The position numbers were made by a program, and so were the translations under genes. Source: Octopus sinensis (lineage: Eukaryota). Taken from it: a stretch of 64,000 bases of DNA. The notes beneath the pieces are model-generated. The model did not search any database, was not told the origin of the DNA, and worked only from the letters and a program-made list of their open reading frames with translations. Location: the NCBI RefSeq assembly GCF_006345805.1, contig NC_043014.1, positions 35,712,001 to 35,776,000 of the forward strand, read 5' to 3'. Positions 53,181 through 64,000 of this stretch are shown here, piece after piece; the stretch's first letter is position 1; the number at the start of each line of letters is the position of its first letter.

Positions 53181-53677
53181 TGTATGTATGTATGTATGTA
53201 TGTATGTGTTGTGTTGTGTTATGTTTTGTGTTATAACGAAGACACGAATGCATTCAATGCAGATTTTTCGTATAATCAGTCCTTTACTATGCAGCCACCT
53301 AGCAGAATCGATAGAACGTCGGAAAAATGTATTTTGCGATATTTGTTCCGGCTGTTAATATTCTGAGTTCAAATCTCGCCGTACATTTTGACATAATCAC
53401 TGCAGTATGTAATAACAGCTCAAGAACATATCTAAATAGAAGTCTACAAGGCAAGCATCCTATTCTTTTATTCTTTTACTTGCGTCAGTAATGTGACTGT
53501 GGCCATGCTGGGGCACCGCCTTTAGTCGAGCAAATCGACCGCAGGACTTATTCTTTGTAAGCCTAGTACTTATTCTCTCGGTCTCTCTTGCCGAACCGCT
53601 AAGTTACGTGGACGTAAACACACTAGCATCGGTTGTCAAAACGTTGCTTACTTTTCACTCAACCATATATACATATA

Positions 53678-55136
53678 CTAGCAGAGGTACCCGGCGTTGC
53701 TCGGGATTAAAAGAACATAGTTTGTATACATGTTACAGTTATGTTGAAACAGGTGATACAGGAAAGTGCAGCATTGATGGCAAAACATTTGTGGAGTAGC
53801 TGATGGGCTAATTCGACTAAGCGACATGCCATTCGTCCGTTTGGAGTATTCCAGGTCGTAACCTGTCATGGAGAATTGGAGGTGGGGGCTATATGATTTT
53901 TGAAAACACCGGAAAGCTGTCAGTAGATATACTCTCCTTTGCAGCAGTCGGCGCTGCTGTCTAATACGACCCATCGTCTGAAGTTTGGACGCCTCCTTCG
54001 GGTTTGTTGTCCTATAACACTCATAAAATAAATTTAGAGGAACTATGGCTGTTCATTTGTGGGTAACAGGGAAGCAATGTTACCCAATTGACTTGCCCTT
54101 GAACTTTGAACGTCGGTGTGTTTCCATGTTCGATTATCTCCTTAGATGCACCAAACGATGTTATTTGAATCGCAGAATTGTATTGTCTGATATTGTTCAT
54201 AAATTCCTTTAACTGGATGGAAAATGCCCTCCAGAAGACCCATAAGAGGTTGAGGGGGTTCTGGTAGTTCTGGCAATCTTACCTTACCTCCTGGGCAGCA
54301 CATGTCATTAGTTTCATTTGGAAACTTTAAAGCTTTGCAGAAACGACAATGTATATATTTCTTTATTGCCCACAAGGGGCTTAAACATAGAGGGGACAAA
54401 CAAGGATAGACAAAGGGATTAAGTCGATTTGAGTTTAGTACACCAATTTGGACAAAATTATCATTTTTATAAGAATGGGACAGATCATATCTGAAAGCAG
54501 TTCCAGGAGTTGTGAAGAACGAATTTGTACGTAGTCTATTGGACCGCTAGTCTATTGGACCACTGTCAAATCATTAAAACGTTGTTTTAATGATTCAGCA
54601 TTAAGTGCTGCAACATGCCTTGGGAAAGTTTCATCTCCCTTCTCTCTTCAGACTCCATCTGACGTGTTGTAGCATGTATTCGCTGATCTTGGGAAAGTCT
54701 AATCTCCCTCCATTCATCAGACACCATCTGACTTGCTGCAGCATACCTTTGCTGATCTTGAGAAAGCCTCATCTCGCTTCTGGTTTGAGACTGCATTTGA
54801 TGTGCTGTAGCATGCGTATGTTGATGTTGGATAAGTCTCATAAATATCATAGAAATAAGATGATCTTAGTGTTATCACATTAGAATTAAAAGTGGAAGAA
54901 TAAAAGTGAAACAATGTTATATCACATTACAGTATAGATCTTATTCTTTCACTTTTGACACTTAATACCAAACCAGTGCCAATGTTATATTGATTTAATC
55001 CAAATGAAACAAAAATTACATGTTGTTACTCATGGGGTCCGATACTATTACCTTGTAAAATTTGATTTGATTTGGTCGAGCCGTTTGAGAATGCATAGGG
55101 AACAGAGACACAAAGAATTTTATATATATGTATAGA
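53678..55136 (-). mobile_element. Helitron deletion derivative retaining the Rep N-terminal region
   Basis: Minus strand: A|TCTATACATATATATAAAA start; 3' hairpin cccgagcaacgccggg followed by CTAG|T; peptides AFRYDLSHSY..VQIG..CRFCKALKFPNE..CCPGGKVRLP..PPQPL..LL and FMNNIRQYNSAIQITSFGA..PTFKVQGQV; ~25-aa RLSQDQ repeats. Confidence 0.92.
54355..54428 (-). mobile_element. SINE-B 3' tail fragment inserted in the Helitron Rep ORF
   Basis: atcgacttaatcc...ctctatgtttaagccccttgtgggcaataaagaaata interrupts codons G-V-L-N-S / I-H-C-R-F-C. Confidence 0.85.
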
Positions 55137-55544
55137 TATACACACACACACGCACATACAACGGGTTACTTTCAGTTTCCATCTGCCAGATCCACTCACA
55201 AGGCTGTGGAAGGCTCAAGGCTTTAGAAGATACTTGCCCAAGGTACCACGCAGTAGGACTGATCCTGGAACCATATGGTTGGGAAGCAAGCTTCTTACCA
55301 CAGAGCCACGCCTACGCGTATTGTTTAAATTTGTAATCCAGCGATATTGTTAGTAACAACGTAATTCCCATGAGCTTGCTACCAATGATAAAAACGTAGT
55401 AAATATAAGACGCCACTGACAATCACTTCGCACTGTAAATAGAACAGCAGAGTTCTTGACAGGCTTAAAATACTTTGCTTTGAAATATGGAACTGGTCTC
55501 GTCCTGTGTTTTTTTTTTTTTTTCCTTATTTCAGTTATTAGACT

Positions 55545-55880
55545 GCCGGCGATGCTGGAACACCGCCTTGTGGAATTTTAGTTCAAAGAATTGACCCCAG
55601 TACTAATTTTTTTGAAAGTCTGGTACTTATAGCATCGTTCTTTTTTTGCCGAATCGCTAAACACACCAATGCCGGTCAAGCGATGCTGGGGAACACACAC
55701 ACACACGCGCACACACACACACACACACATATGACGGGCTTTTTTCAGTTTCCTTTCTAGCAAATCTACTCACAAGGCTTTGGTCGGTACGAGGCTATAG
55801 CAGAAGACACTTGCCCAAGGTGTCATGCAGCGGGACTGAACCCGGAACCATGTGCTTAGGAAGCAAACTTCTAACCACAC
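55545..55880 (-). mobile_element. SINE-A copy
   Basis: Collinear with the reverse complement of 41276-41702. Confidence 0.8.
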
Positions 55881-56389
55881 AACTATTCTTTTTTTGTTGT
55901 TGTTTTTGTTACAAATTAACCAAAGCAGTTATTTTACTATTTGAACGGTTGGTTTGTAAATTTTGTTAACAGGAATTTTGTTTACCATTTTGTTGTTGTT
56001 TTTCTTCTGTTTCTAAGTCCTATTGGCTTGTTTTATACACTTAATCGTTCTAACAGAAAAATTATAGTAACTACAATGTGTGCATGTATGTATGTATGCA
56101 GATGTGCAGTTTTGTATCTCTAAATGTGAGCATATGTGTGTATATGTGAGGGGGATAAATGAGTGCATGTCTGTGTTTGAGAATGTACGCATCTATGTAT
56201 GTCAATATATGTTTAGCCCCTTTTGGGCAATAAAGAAATATATCTTCATGTTGTTTGCTTACGGCGATATCACATGAAAGCCCCAGTTCTCGTCTCATCA
56301 CCGTAGTTAAGCAACGTCGAGCCTAGTGAGTACTTAGACAAGTGACCGTTTGGGAAAACCTAGGTGCTGTAAGCATCTCACACGTTTGA

Positions 56390-57185
56390 AGGCGGCGAGC
56401 TGGCAGAAACGTTAGCACGCCGGGCGAAATGCTTAGCGATATTTCGTCTGCCGTTACGTTCTGAGTTCAAATTCCGCCGAGGTCGACTTTGCCTTTCAGC
56501 CTTTCGGGGTCGATTGAATAAGTACCAGTACGCACTGTGGTCGATATAATCGATTTAATCCGTTTGTCTGTCCTTGTTTGTCCCCTCTGTGTTTAGCCCC
56601 TTGTGGGCAGTAAAGAAATAGGTATTTCGTCTGCCGTTACGTCCTGAGTTCAAGTTCCGCCAAGATCGACTTTTGCCTTTCATCCTTTCGGGGTCGATAA
56701 ATTAAGTTCCAGTTATACATTGGGGTCGATGTAATCGACTTAATCCGTTTGTATGTCCTTGTTTGTCCCCTCTATGTTTAGCCCCTTGTGGGCAGTAAAG
56801 AAATAGGTATTTCGTCTGCCGTTACGTCCTGAGTTCAAGTTCCGCCAAGATCGACTTTTGCCTTTCATCCTTTCGGGGTCGATAAATTAAGTTCCAGTTA
56901 TACATTGGGGTCGATGTAATCGACTTAATCCGTTTGTATGTCCTTGTTTGTCCCCTCTATGTTTAGCCCCTTGTGGGCAATAAAGAAATAAGAAACTTTA
57001 GCACGCCGAGTGAAATGCTTCGTCCGTCTTTACGTTCTGAGTTCAAATTTTGCCGAAGTCGACTTTGCCTTTCATCCTTTCGGGGTCGATAAATCAAGTA
57101 TCAGTTGCATACTGGGGTCGATCTAATCGACTGGTCCCCTTCTCAAAAATTTCGAGCCTTGTGTCTAGAGTAGAAAAGAATATAT
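56390..57185 (+). mobile_element. SINE-B tetramer (head + 3 bodies + a fourth unit with an alternative junction and tail)
   Basis: Standard junctions near 56620 and 56805; the fourth unit is joined as aaagaaata|agaaactttagcacgcc. Confidence 0.88.
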
Positions 57186-57879
57186 GCATGTTGTGTCTAT
57201 GAATGTGGGTAAGTACAAGTCTGTAAAATACATGAATGTGTGTATCTGTGAAGACATGCATCTGTACATCTATGAATGCGTGCATGTGTTACCTATATGG
57301 TGACCTGTGAAATATAGCAGCGTTGTTGTTGTTGTTGTTGTTATTTTTCGAAGACCTTTGCAGGCCCTTGGAGACTAACGGAACCGATGCCATTAACGAA
57401 CGCCATATGTCCTTTAAGCAATTTCCTTTAACCTTCTACCGCATACGTTCTCTCTCTTTCTCTCTCTCTCTCTATTTCACTTCCTCTCCTTTTCGCTGTC
57501 TTCTCCCCTCCTCCTTTTATCTTTCTTATCTCTTTCTTCTCTCCTCCTTCTTTCCATACAAACACACAAACACAAAAACAAACATATACACATCCAAATA
57601 TACACATGAAGTTCAACAGTACCATCCGACCATTCGGCGCCGCCATTTACCCCTCTCTCATCTCACACCCTCATCTCATCCTTTACGCCGCGAGCTGATG
57701 AATGGGCCAACAGCTACTCACTCAATCTGCTAGAAATATAACCAAATTTCCCTCAAACCACATCTGAACGTAGGGTTTCTTGTACATAAGTAAAAAACAC
57801 AAGATATTTATTTGCTGGAACGCCTTTGATCATAGGTCTACGTGATCCGGTTGACCTAGAGTTAAACAGTAGCAGAAAC

Positions 57880-58760
57880 AGCAACGACATGGATAACAAC
57901 AACAACAACAACAGCAACAACAGCAACAACAACAACAACAACACTAACAACAACAACAGCAAAAAACAGCAACACGACAAACAACAATAACAATAAACCA
58001 TATGCCACCAAATCTGTCACCACGATAAGGAAACTAGATTTTTTAGAGATCAATCGGTCTATAATGACTTAACCGTTCGTCAAGCGGTTTAAATAGCCCA
58101 CCCATTACCAAACCACCACTACAACGCCCATCACTACCACCGCCACCACCACTATCACCATCACCACCATCACCATCATCATCGTTGCCACCATGTCCTA
58201 ATACGATCACCACCATCATCCCAACCGCCACCACCAGTACTATCACCATTGCCACCACAACCACAACCACAACGACAACCACAACCGCCACCATCACCAT
58301 CACTACCATTACCTGCACTATCACCATCGCCATGATCAACATCACTGCAAACACCTCCACTATCGACATTACGGCCCATTACCGCCCGTCACAATTACAA
58401 CAATCGTTGCCATTTAACATCAACGCCACCACCTTCAACATCAACATCATCCACACCGCAACAAACATTTCCGCCGCCGCCGCCACCACGCCACTACCAC
58501 TACCATGGCCAACATCATTTCACAGACTTTGCGAGCAAGCACTTCCAGAACTAACACACATGCACACATCACTTCCACGATCACCTCTTCCTCCTCCACC
58601 TTTTCTTCAACCTTCTCTTTTCTTCTTCTTCTTCTTCTTCTTCTTCTTCTTCTCTTCTTCTTCTCTTCTTCTTCTTCTTCTTCTTCTTTTTCCTCCTCCT
58701 CCTCCTCCACTACCACCTCCACCACTACCAGAAACACACCTACTACTGCCACACCCAAAG
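57880..58760 (+). repeat. Compound (CAA)/(CAC)/(CTT)/(CCT) trinucleotide low-complexity region
   Basis: Direct reading; source of the poly-T/L/S/V ORFs. Confidence 0.85.
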
Positions 58761-59336
58761 ATCTGACAGCGTCTCATGTGACAAGTGTCACAGATAATAG
58801 TGGAATTAAAGGGAGGGGGAGAAGTTGTAAGGGGAGGAGGAGAGATTTGAAGGTTACACCGAAAATGTTTACACATGCGCACACAAACGCAAACATGTGT
58901 GCGTATATAAGTATGCACGTGTGTATATATACGTATGTATGCACACATTCATGTATATATGTATGTGTGGTTTGTGTATATGTGTATATGATTGTATGTA
59001 TGTACATTTGTATGTATATGTGTATGTAGATGTATGTATGCATGTATGTATCTATGTTTGTATGTTTCTTTGTTCGACCAACCACTGTCTGCTCTGCTTT
59101 ACTTCAGTCGCGCAAGACTTTCAATGTTTATTTGTTATCTTTCATTATTCTGCCCAGTGCTTTGTTTGATTTGACTAAAACAGCTTATTATTCTTTTTCG
59201 TGCTCTGTCTCGTGATATGTACGCCCAATCTCAAGTCCCTTCTCTTAATCCTTTGTTATCATCCTGTTTTTTCAAGCGCCGAAATCGTAATGACTTTGGA
59301 TAAAAGTTAGCTGATATAACGGTATTACCCGCATCT

Positions 59337-59756
59337 TAAGGCGGCGAGCTGGCAGAAACGTTAGCACGCCAGGCGAAATGCTTAGCGGTATTTCGTCTGC
59401 CGCTACGTTCTGAGTTCAAATTCCGCCGAGGTCGACTTTGCCTTTCATCCTTTCGGGGTCGATTAAGTAAATACTAGTTATGCACTGGGGTCGATATAAT
59501 CGACTTGATCCGTTTGTCTGTCCTTGTTTGCCCCCTCTATGTTTAGCTCCTTGTGGGCAATAAAGAAATAGGTATTTCGTCTGCCGCTACGTTCTGAGTT
59601 CAAATTCCGCCGAGGTCCACTTTGCCTTTCATCCTTTCGGGGTCGATTAAATAAGTACCAGTTACACACTGGGGTCGATATAATCGACTTAATCCGTTTG
59701 TCTGTCCTTGTTTGTCCTCTCTGTGTTTAGTCCCTTGTGGGTAGTAAAGAAATAGA
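59337..59756 (+). mobile_element. SINE-B dimer with 14-bp TSD
   Basis: tattacccgcatct lies at 59323-59336 and 59757-59770; the internal junction is aaagaaata|ggtatttcgtctg. Confidence 0.92.
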
Positions 59757-59902
59757 TATTACCCGCATCTAATTTTGTCCTTTCTGTTAATTGCCGTACG
59801 CGTCATTTGCCTTTACTTTGGTGTGTGTGTGTCCGTTGTATTATTAAAAAAATGTGTGCAAAGCAATTAACAATAGTAGTCAATAACTGTGGAAATAAAA
59901 AC

Positions 59903-60665
59903 TGGCACTCCGTCGGTTATTAGGACAAGGGTTCCAGTTGATCAACAGAACAGCCTACTCGTGAAATTAACGTTCAAGCGAGTGGGCACTCCACAGACAC
60001 GTATACCCTTCACGTAGTTCTCAAGGATATTCAGCGTGACACAAAATATGTTAAGGCTGGCCCTTTGAATTACAAGTACCGTAAATCCTCGAGTATAGTC
60101 CTCCTTTGAGTATAATACGCAGGGGATTTTTAGGGGGCTGCACCTCTGAAAAACCTAAACCTTGTGTATAATACGCACATCTTCTCTAACTTGAGTCAAG
60201 GAGGTCTATATAACGTTCTTGGTTTGTAAAAAGATGTATGCGGTAACATCCTTTATTATTATTGCATATCTAACATAATGCAAACGTGTAGCATTTTTGT
60301 GCATTTTGTTTGCAGAAAATAAAGAAATAACAGTAATAATAGTAATAACGTTTAATAAATTTTGCTTACAGCAAGTTACAGATGATTCTTTTATGAGTTC
60401 ATTGCTTTCAGGCTTAGCTTAAGGTATTTTCACACCCGACATCACAAAATGCATCTGAATAAACATTGCTGGACAGCAAATAGAGACTCGGACATTGCTT
60501 AGAAATTAATTTTCATTTTTAACCTCGTATATAGTACGCACTAGGGATTTTGACCTTTAAATTTCGGGGGGAAAATGCGGATTATACTCGAGGATTTACG
60601 GTACTACTCAATTTTTCCACCTTGAGATCGTGAGCTAAATACCCTAACTACTAAGCCACGTGCCT
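59903..60665 (-). mobile_element. SINE-D copy interrupted by a MITE
   Basis: Flanks match 43278-43600 on either side of the MITE; a further ~75-bp deletion lies right of the MITE. Confidence 0.75.
60079..60601. mobile_element. Tc2/pogo-like MITE (523 bp) with TA TSD
   Basis: TIRs ccgtaaatcctcgagtata / tatactcgaggatttacgg; TA at 60077-78 and 60602-03; the empty-site equivalent is tacaggTAcgactc at ~43455. Confidence 0.9.
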
Positions 60666-61225
60666 TCGTAGAAGGAAAAAAAAAACAGGTTTAAAGAAAT
60701 GGTGTGATAATACTTAAGTACTAACTTATACAAAGAGACACTGGAACATATATAAAGCTACTTATTGAATAAATATATACTACATTCTGTCTTCGGATAC
60801 AAATGTATTTCTAGCGATATAAATGTATATGGATATGCGAAGCTTCCATCGACAGAATTGAAAGGGGAGTTGTGTGACTTGCATGACATGGTACTTCTCG
60901 TAACATAGAAGCCGGTAAAATACGAAAGCAGTCAAAATATCAGGAACAGAAATACACTCGCTCTGCTTTGCATAAGAGACTTTACAAGAGAGAGAATGAG
61001 AGAGAAGGGGAGAGAGAGAGAGAGTAGAGAGTAAGAGGGTGAGAGAAATCTTCATTTACTGAAATTAATATTAAGAATTGAATTTAAAATTAACTTTTCG
61101 CAATCAGCTGTTATAGTAATTATAGTAATAATTATTTTGCAACCATAACGGATTTAATGTCTATGCGTGTGTATATACGTATACACACGCACACTCACAC
61201 ACACATACACACACACACACACACG

Positions 61226-61261
<36 letters not shown>

Positions 61262-61333
61262 ATACACACACACACACGAGTTGTCGTCATATTAAATTAT
61301 AATTATTTAATTATAATCATTACTACAACGGAA

Positions 61334-61366
<33 letters not shown>

Positions 61367-61663
61367 TGAGTATTTATGTATGTATTCATGTATGTATACA
61401 TATATATCAGCTGTGCATTATTAAATTGAAGCAATATTACTCAACTATAACGGAAATACACACATATATATACATATATATACACATACATAAGCCTACG
61501 TTTTTGTGCCGAAGGCTTATATGCCCCATTATTAGACTATTTCCCTTAGTCATTTGCACGGTGATTGCTATAAGCTTTAAGCTTATAACAAAAATACCAT
61601 TATTGTTTTTTTACACAATTGTAAAACTCAACACCGCTTAACAAAACCATATATATATACATG

Positions 61664-61727
<64 letters not shown>

Positions 61728-62436
61728 AAATACAAAATGGGGCAAGAACGCAAAACATCCAGACAGTTAGGTGATACAAAAAAGGGACAACAAAACATCC
61801 AGATAGAGATACGAAGAAAAACAAGGAGGGGTTATTCGGAGTTTTCTTTCCTCAGTCGAGTACCAGATTATCTTTGCAATTTCTGCTGGTTATACTCGAT
61901 ATATATATTTGTGTGTGTGTGTGTGTGTGTTGTGTGTGTGTGTGTGTATGTGTGTGTGTGATTAAATGATTAGTGAAAGCATAATAAATGTATAAAAGTG
62001 AAAATAATATTTAGCACTACAGCATGAGAGATTTGAATAAAAGAACGGAAATCTGATTTCAACTAAGAATATGAGAATGAAACATTTATTTAGTATCCGT
62101 GTGTTAGTATCAGTGTGTGTGTGTTCGTGTACGTGTAAATATAGACATACACACGTATAGATGTGTGTGCGTGTGTGTGTGTGGCGGGGTGTCTGGTCAG
62201 CACTGAGATTTCTCGTTTTGGCTAGAACAAAAAACAAAAGACAAAAAAAACAATCTTCCAGTGCAGCCTCATGTCTAACGTTTCTTTTGTATTCATTATC
62301 AAAGGTTTCTTTAACATTTTACGAAGTATAAGATACAGTGAAAGCCAGATGGAAATTAGAAATGCCAAAGTCCACTGTTGCTGTTATCGATCTTCTTCTT
62401 CTTCTTCTTCTTCTTCTTCTTCTTCTTTTTCTTCTC

Positions 62437-62438
<2 letters not shown>

Positions 62439-62471
<33 letters not shown>

Positions 62472-62735
62472 CGTTTATTTTCTTTGAACAGCGTCCACGG
62501 TGCCAGCTGTTCACCACTAGTGAACTAAGGTAACACCCCTTATTTTTCGAGCACCATCCGGAGTATTCGAGCGGTTCCAAGCAGTGCCATTTTCTGCAAG
62601 TGCTCCACTCTTATTGCAGCCCCTATTTCTTCCATGTACTCAAGATTTTTACTCACTGTTCCCAGGGCTCCGACAATTATTGGTACTACTACCACCTTTT
62701 TTCATCGACCACAACTGCTTAACCTCCCAATCATA
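62439..62735 (-). mobile_element. R4/Dong-clade 3' end with (TAA)n tail
   Basis: WEVKQLWSMKKVVVVPIIVGALGTVSK...LQKMALLGTARILRMVLEK*, then UTR and (TAA)n. Confidence 0.85.
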
Positions 62736-63059
62736 TCACAGGTTTTTGTTGGAACTCCTGGAGTCTTGCATGTGCAGTGGGCTTAACTATCTGTAGCCTA
62801 CTGTACCATGCTATTCGTTCTTATTATTTTCATTATCATCTTCTTTAAATTCTGTTTCCATTTCTTGCCGAGTGTCTCCCTGATACATAGGGCAGAGAAA
62901 CGTTCTGTAAACATTGGTAGGCCATTAAAATAAACACACCAGATTGTTCATTTACAAAGTCATGTGACAGAGAAAAAAGGGGAAGAAGGACAGAAGGAAA
63001 AGGGAAAAACTAAAAAATAAAAAGTAAATAATGAAAATAACGGGGGAAAAGGAAAGATA

Positions 63060-63338
63060 ATTCACAGCGACAATGTTCTTCTCGGTACGTATGACGTACC
63101 AGTAAAGACAATCTTTTGGACTTCCTGCATGGATTGTAAGCCAGGGATCATTCTTAAATAGTTTTCAGTTCCATTTTTTTATGATTCCAAGTGCTCCTAC
63201 AATCACTGGTATTATAACCGTCTTGAGACGCCTCATCTTTTCGATTTCGATTAGCAAATGTTTATATTTTCTGCGCTTATCAAATTCTTTTGCCGAGATA
63301 TTATCGTCACAGGGTACGCTCATGTCAAGCAACATGGT
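63060..63338 (-). mobile_element. R4/Dong-clade REL C-terminus, second subfamily
   Basis: LLDMSVPCDDNISAKEFDKRRKYKHLLIEIEKM..PVIVGALG...QKIVFTGT. Confidence 0.85.
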
Positions 63339-63341
63339 TAC

Positions 63342-64000
63342 TTATTATTATTATTATGATTATTATTATTATTATTCAGTAGTTTTATTTTTATTTTTAT
63401 AGCGTGCTTTCACTTCACTACCGAGCGCAGCTCTGTGTGCCTTGGGTATGTGCTGTGATTTGTTGTGATGCTCTGATGGTTATTGTATGGAAAGTGTTCT
63501 GCGTAGGATGTGTGCAGTGCCTAGTAGTGCAATTTTCTGTATGTTATATGTGTTTGTAAATCCTGGTGTTTTTGTTATGTATTTGTCTGAATATTTTTTA
63601 TCATGCTAATGCACCTACTATGATAGGAATTGTTTCTGTTTTCAGATTCCACATTCTAGTTACCTCTATTTCCAGGTCTTTGTATTTGAGAGTTTCTCCA
63701 TTTCTTTTAGAGACACGTTGTCATCTGCCGGTACTGATACATCAATTAGAAAGCATTTTTTTTCTTCATGTCTCTGACAACTATATCTGGTCTGTTGGCC
63801 TTAATTTCTCTATCTGTGTGTATCGGCATATCCCAGAGTATGTTGCTTTCTCGTTTTCTGTGACCTTTTCTGGTGTGTGCCTATACCATCTTTTTTCTGT
63901 TGTTATTCCATAATGTTGGCATAACTTCCAATGTATGTAGGTTCCAACTCTGTCATGTCTGTGAATATATTCCTTCTTGGCCAGGACTGGGCAGCTAGAG
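63342..64000 (-). mobile_element. R4/Dong-clade 3' portion with (TAA)n tail, third subfamily; continues past the window
   Basis: CPVLAKKEYIHRHDRVG..IHWKLC..WYRHTP..ILWDMPIHTDREIKANRPDIVV..LIDVSVP..KYKDLEIEV..PIIVGAL..QKIALLGTAHILRR (with 1-bp frameshifts). Confidence 0.9.

Larger units (their letters stand above)
53470..55318 (-). mobile_element. SINE-A split by a Helitron (3' half ~53470-53645, 5' half ~55150-55318)
   Basis: The two halves are in the same orientation and together rebuild one SINE-A; the break lies in its internal microsatellite. Confidence 0.8.

Noticed and set aside
52651-53366. Many overlapping 100-184-aa ORFs (MYVC/HTYI repeats); the same applies near 10.5, 30.8, 37, 44.5 and 58.2 kb
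   Set aside because: (TATG)n, (TAGA)n, (CA)n and trinucleotide microsatellites lack stop codons in several frames, so these are artefacts.
61825-61860. Hammerhead-like CUGAGGA-stem-GAA on the minus strand of the 28.8/36.8/61.8-kb repeat family
   Set aside because: A15.1 is U in these copies and stem I does not pair, so it is not a credible ribozyme without a family consensus.

Overview
AT-rich, microsatellite-dense eukaryotic DNA with no host protein-coding exon, RNA gene or CRISPR array that I can support. The repeat content (at least four tRNA-derived SINE families, compound (TA)/(CA)/(TAGA)/(TACA) microsatellites) resembles an octopus/coleoid cephalopod genome; this is inference from recalled repeat sequences, not a search. 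Almost all listed ORFs are microsatellite artefacts. The few protein-like ones are decayed transposon pieces: Tx1/L1, CR1-group, RTE, R4/Dong, Penelope-like and I/Jockey-like retroelements, plus a Helitron Rep N-terminus. The most interesting signal is one SINE family ('SINE-B') that occurs as head+(body)n multimers (n=2,3,4,5). These share the same junction at independent loci, two of them are flanked by a single TSD, and the junction is self-complementary, which suggests a repeated template-jump or circular-template mechanism. Also notable: SINE tails matching LINE 3' ends inside the window, three-level TE nesting, an RTE tail between ~230-bp direct repeats, stacked R4/Dong ends at (TAA)n, and a ~520-bp palindrome. 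SINE-A to SINE-D are my working labels, and boundaries were read by eye, so they are approximate unless a terminal motif is quoted.
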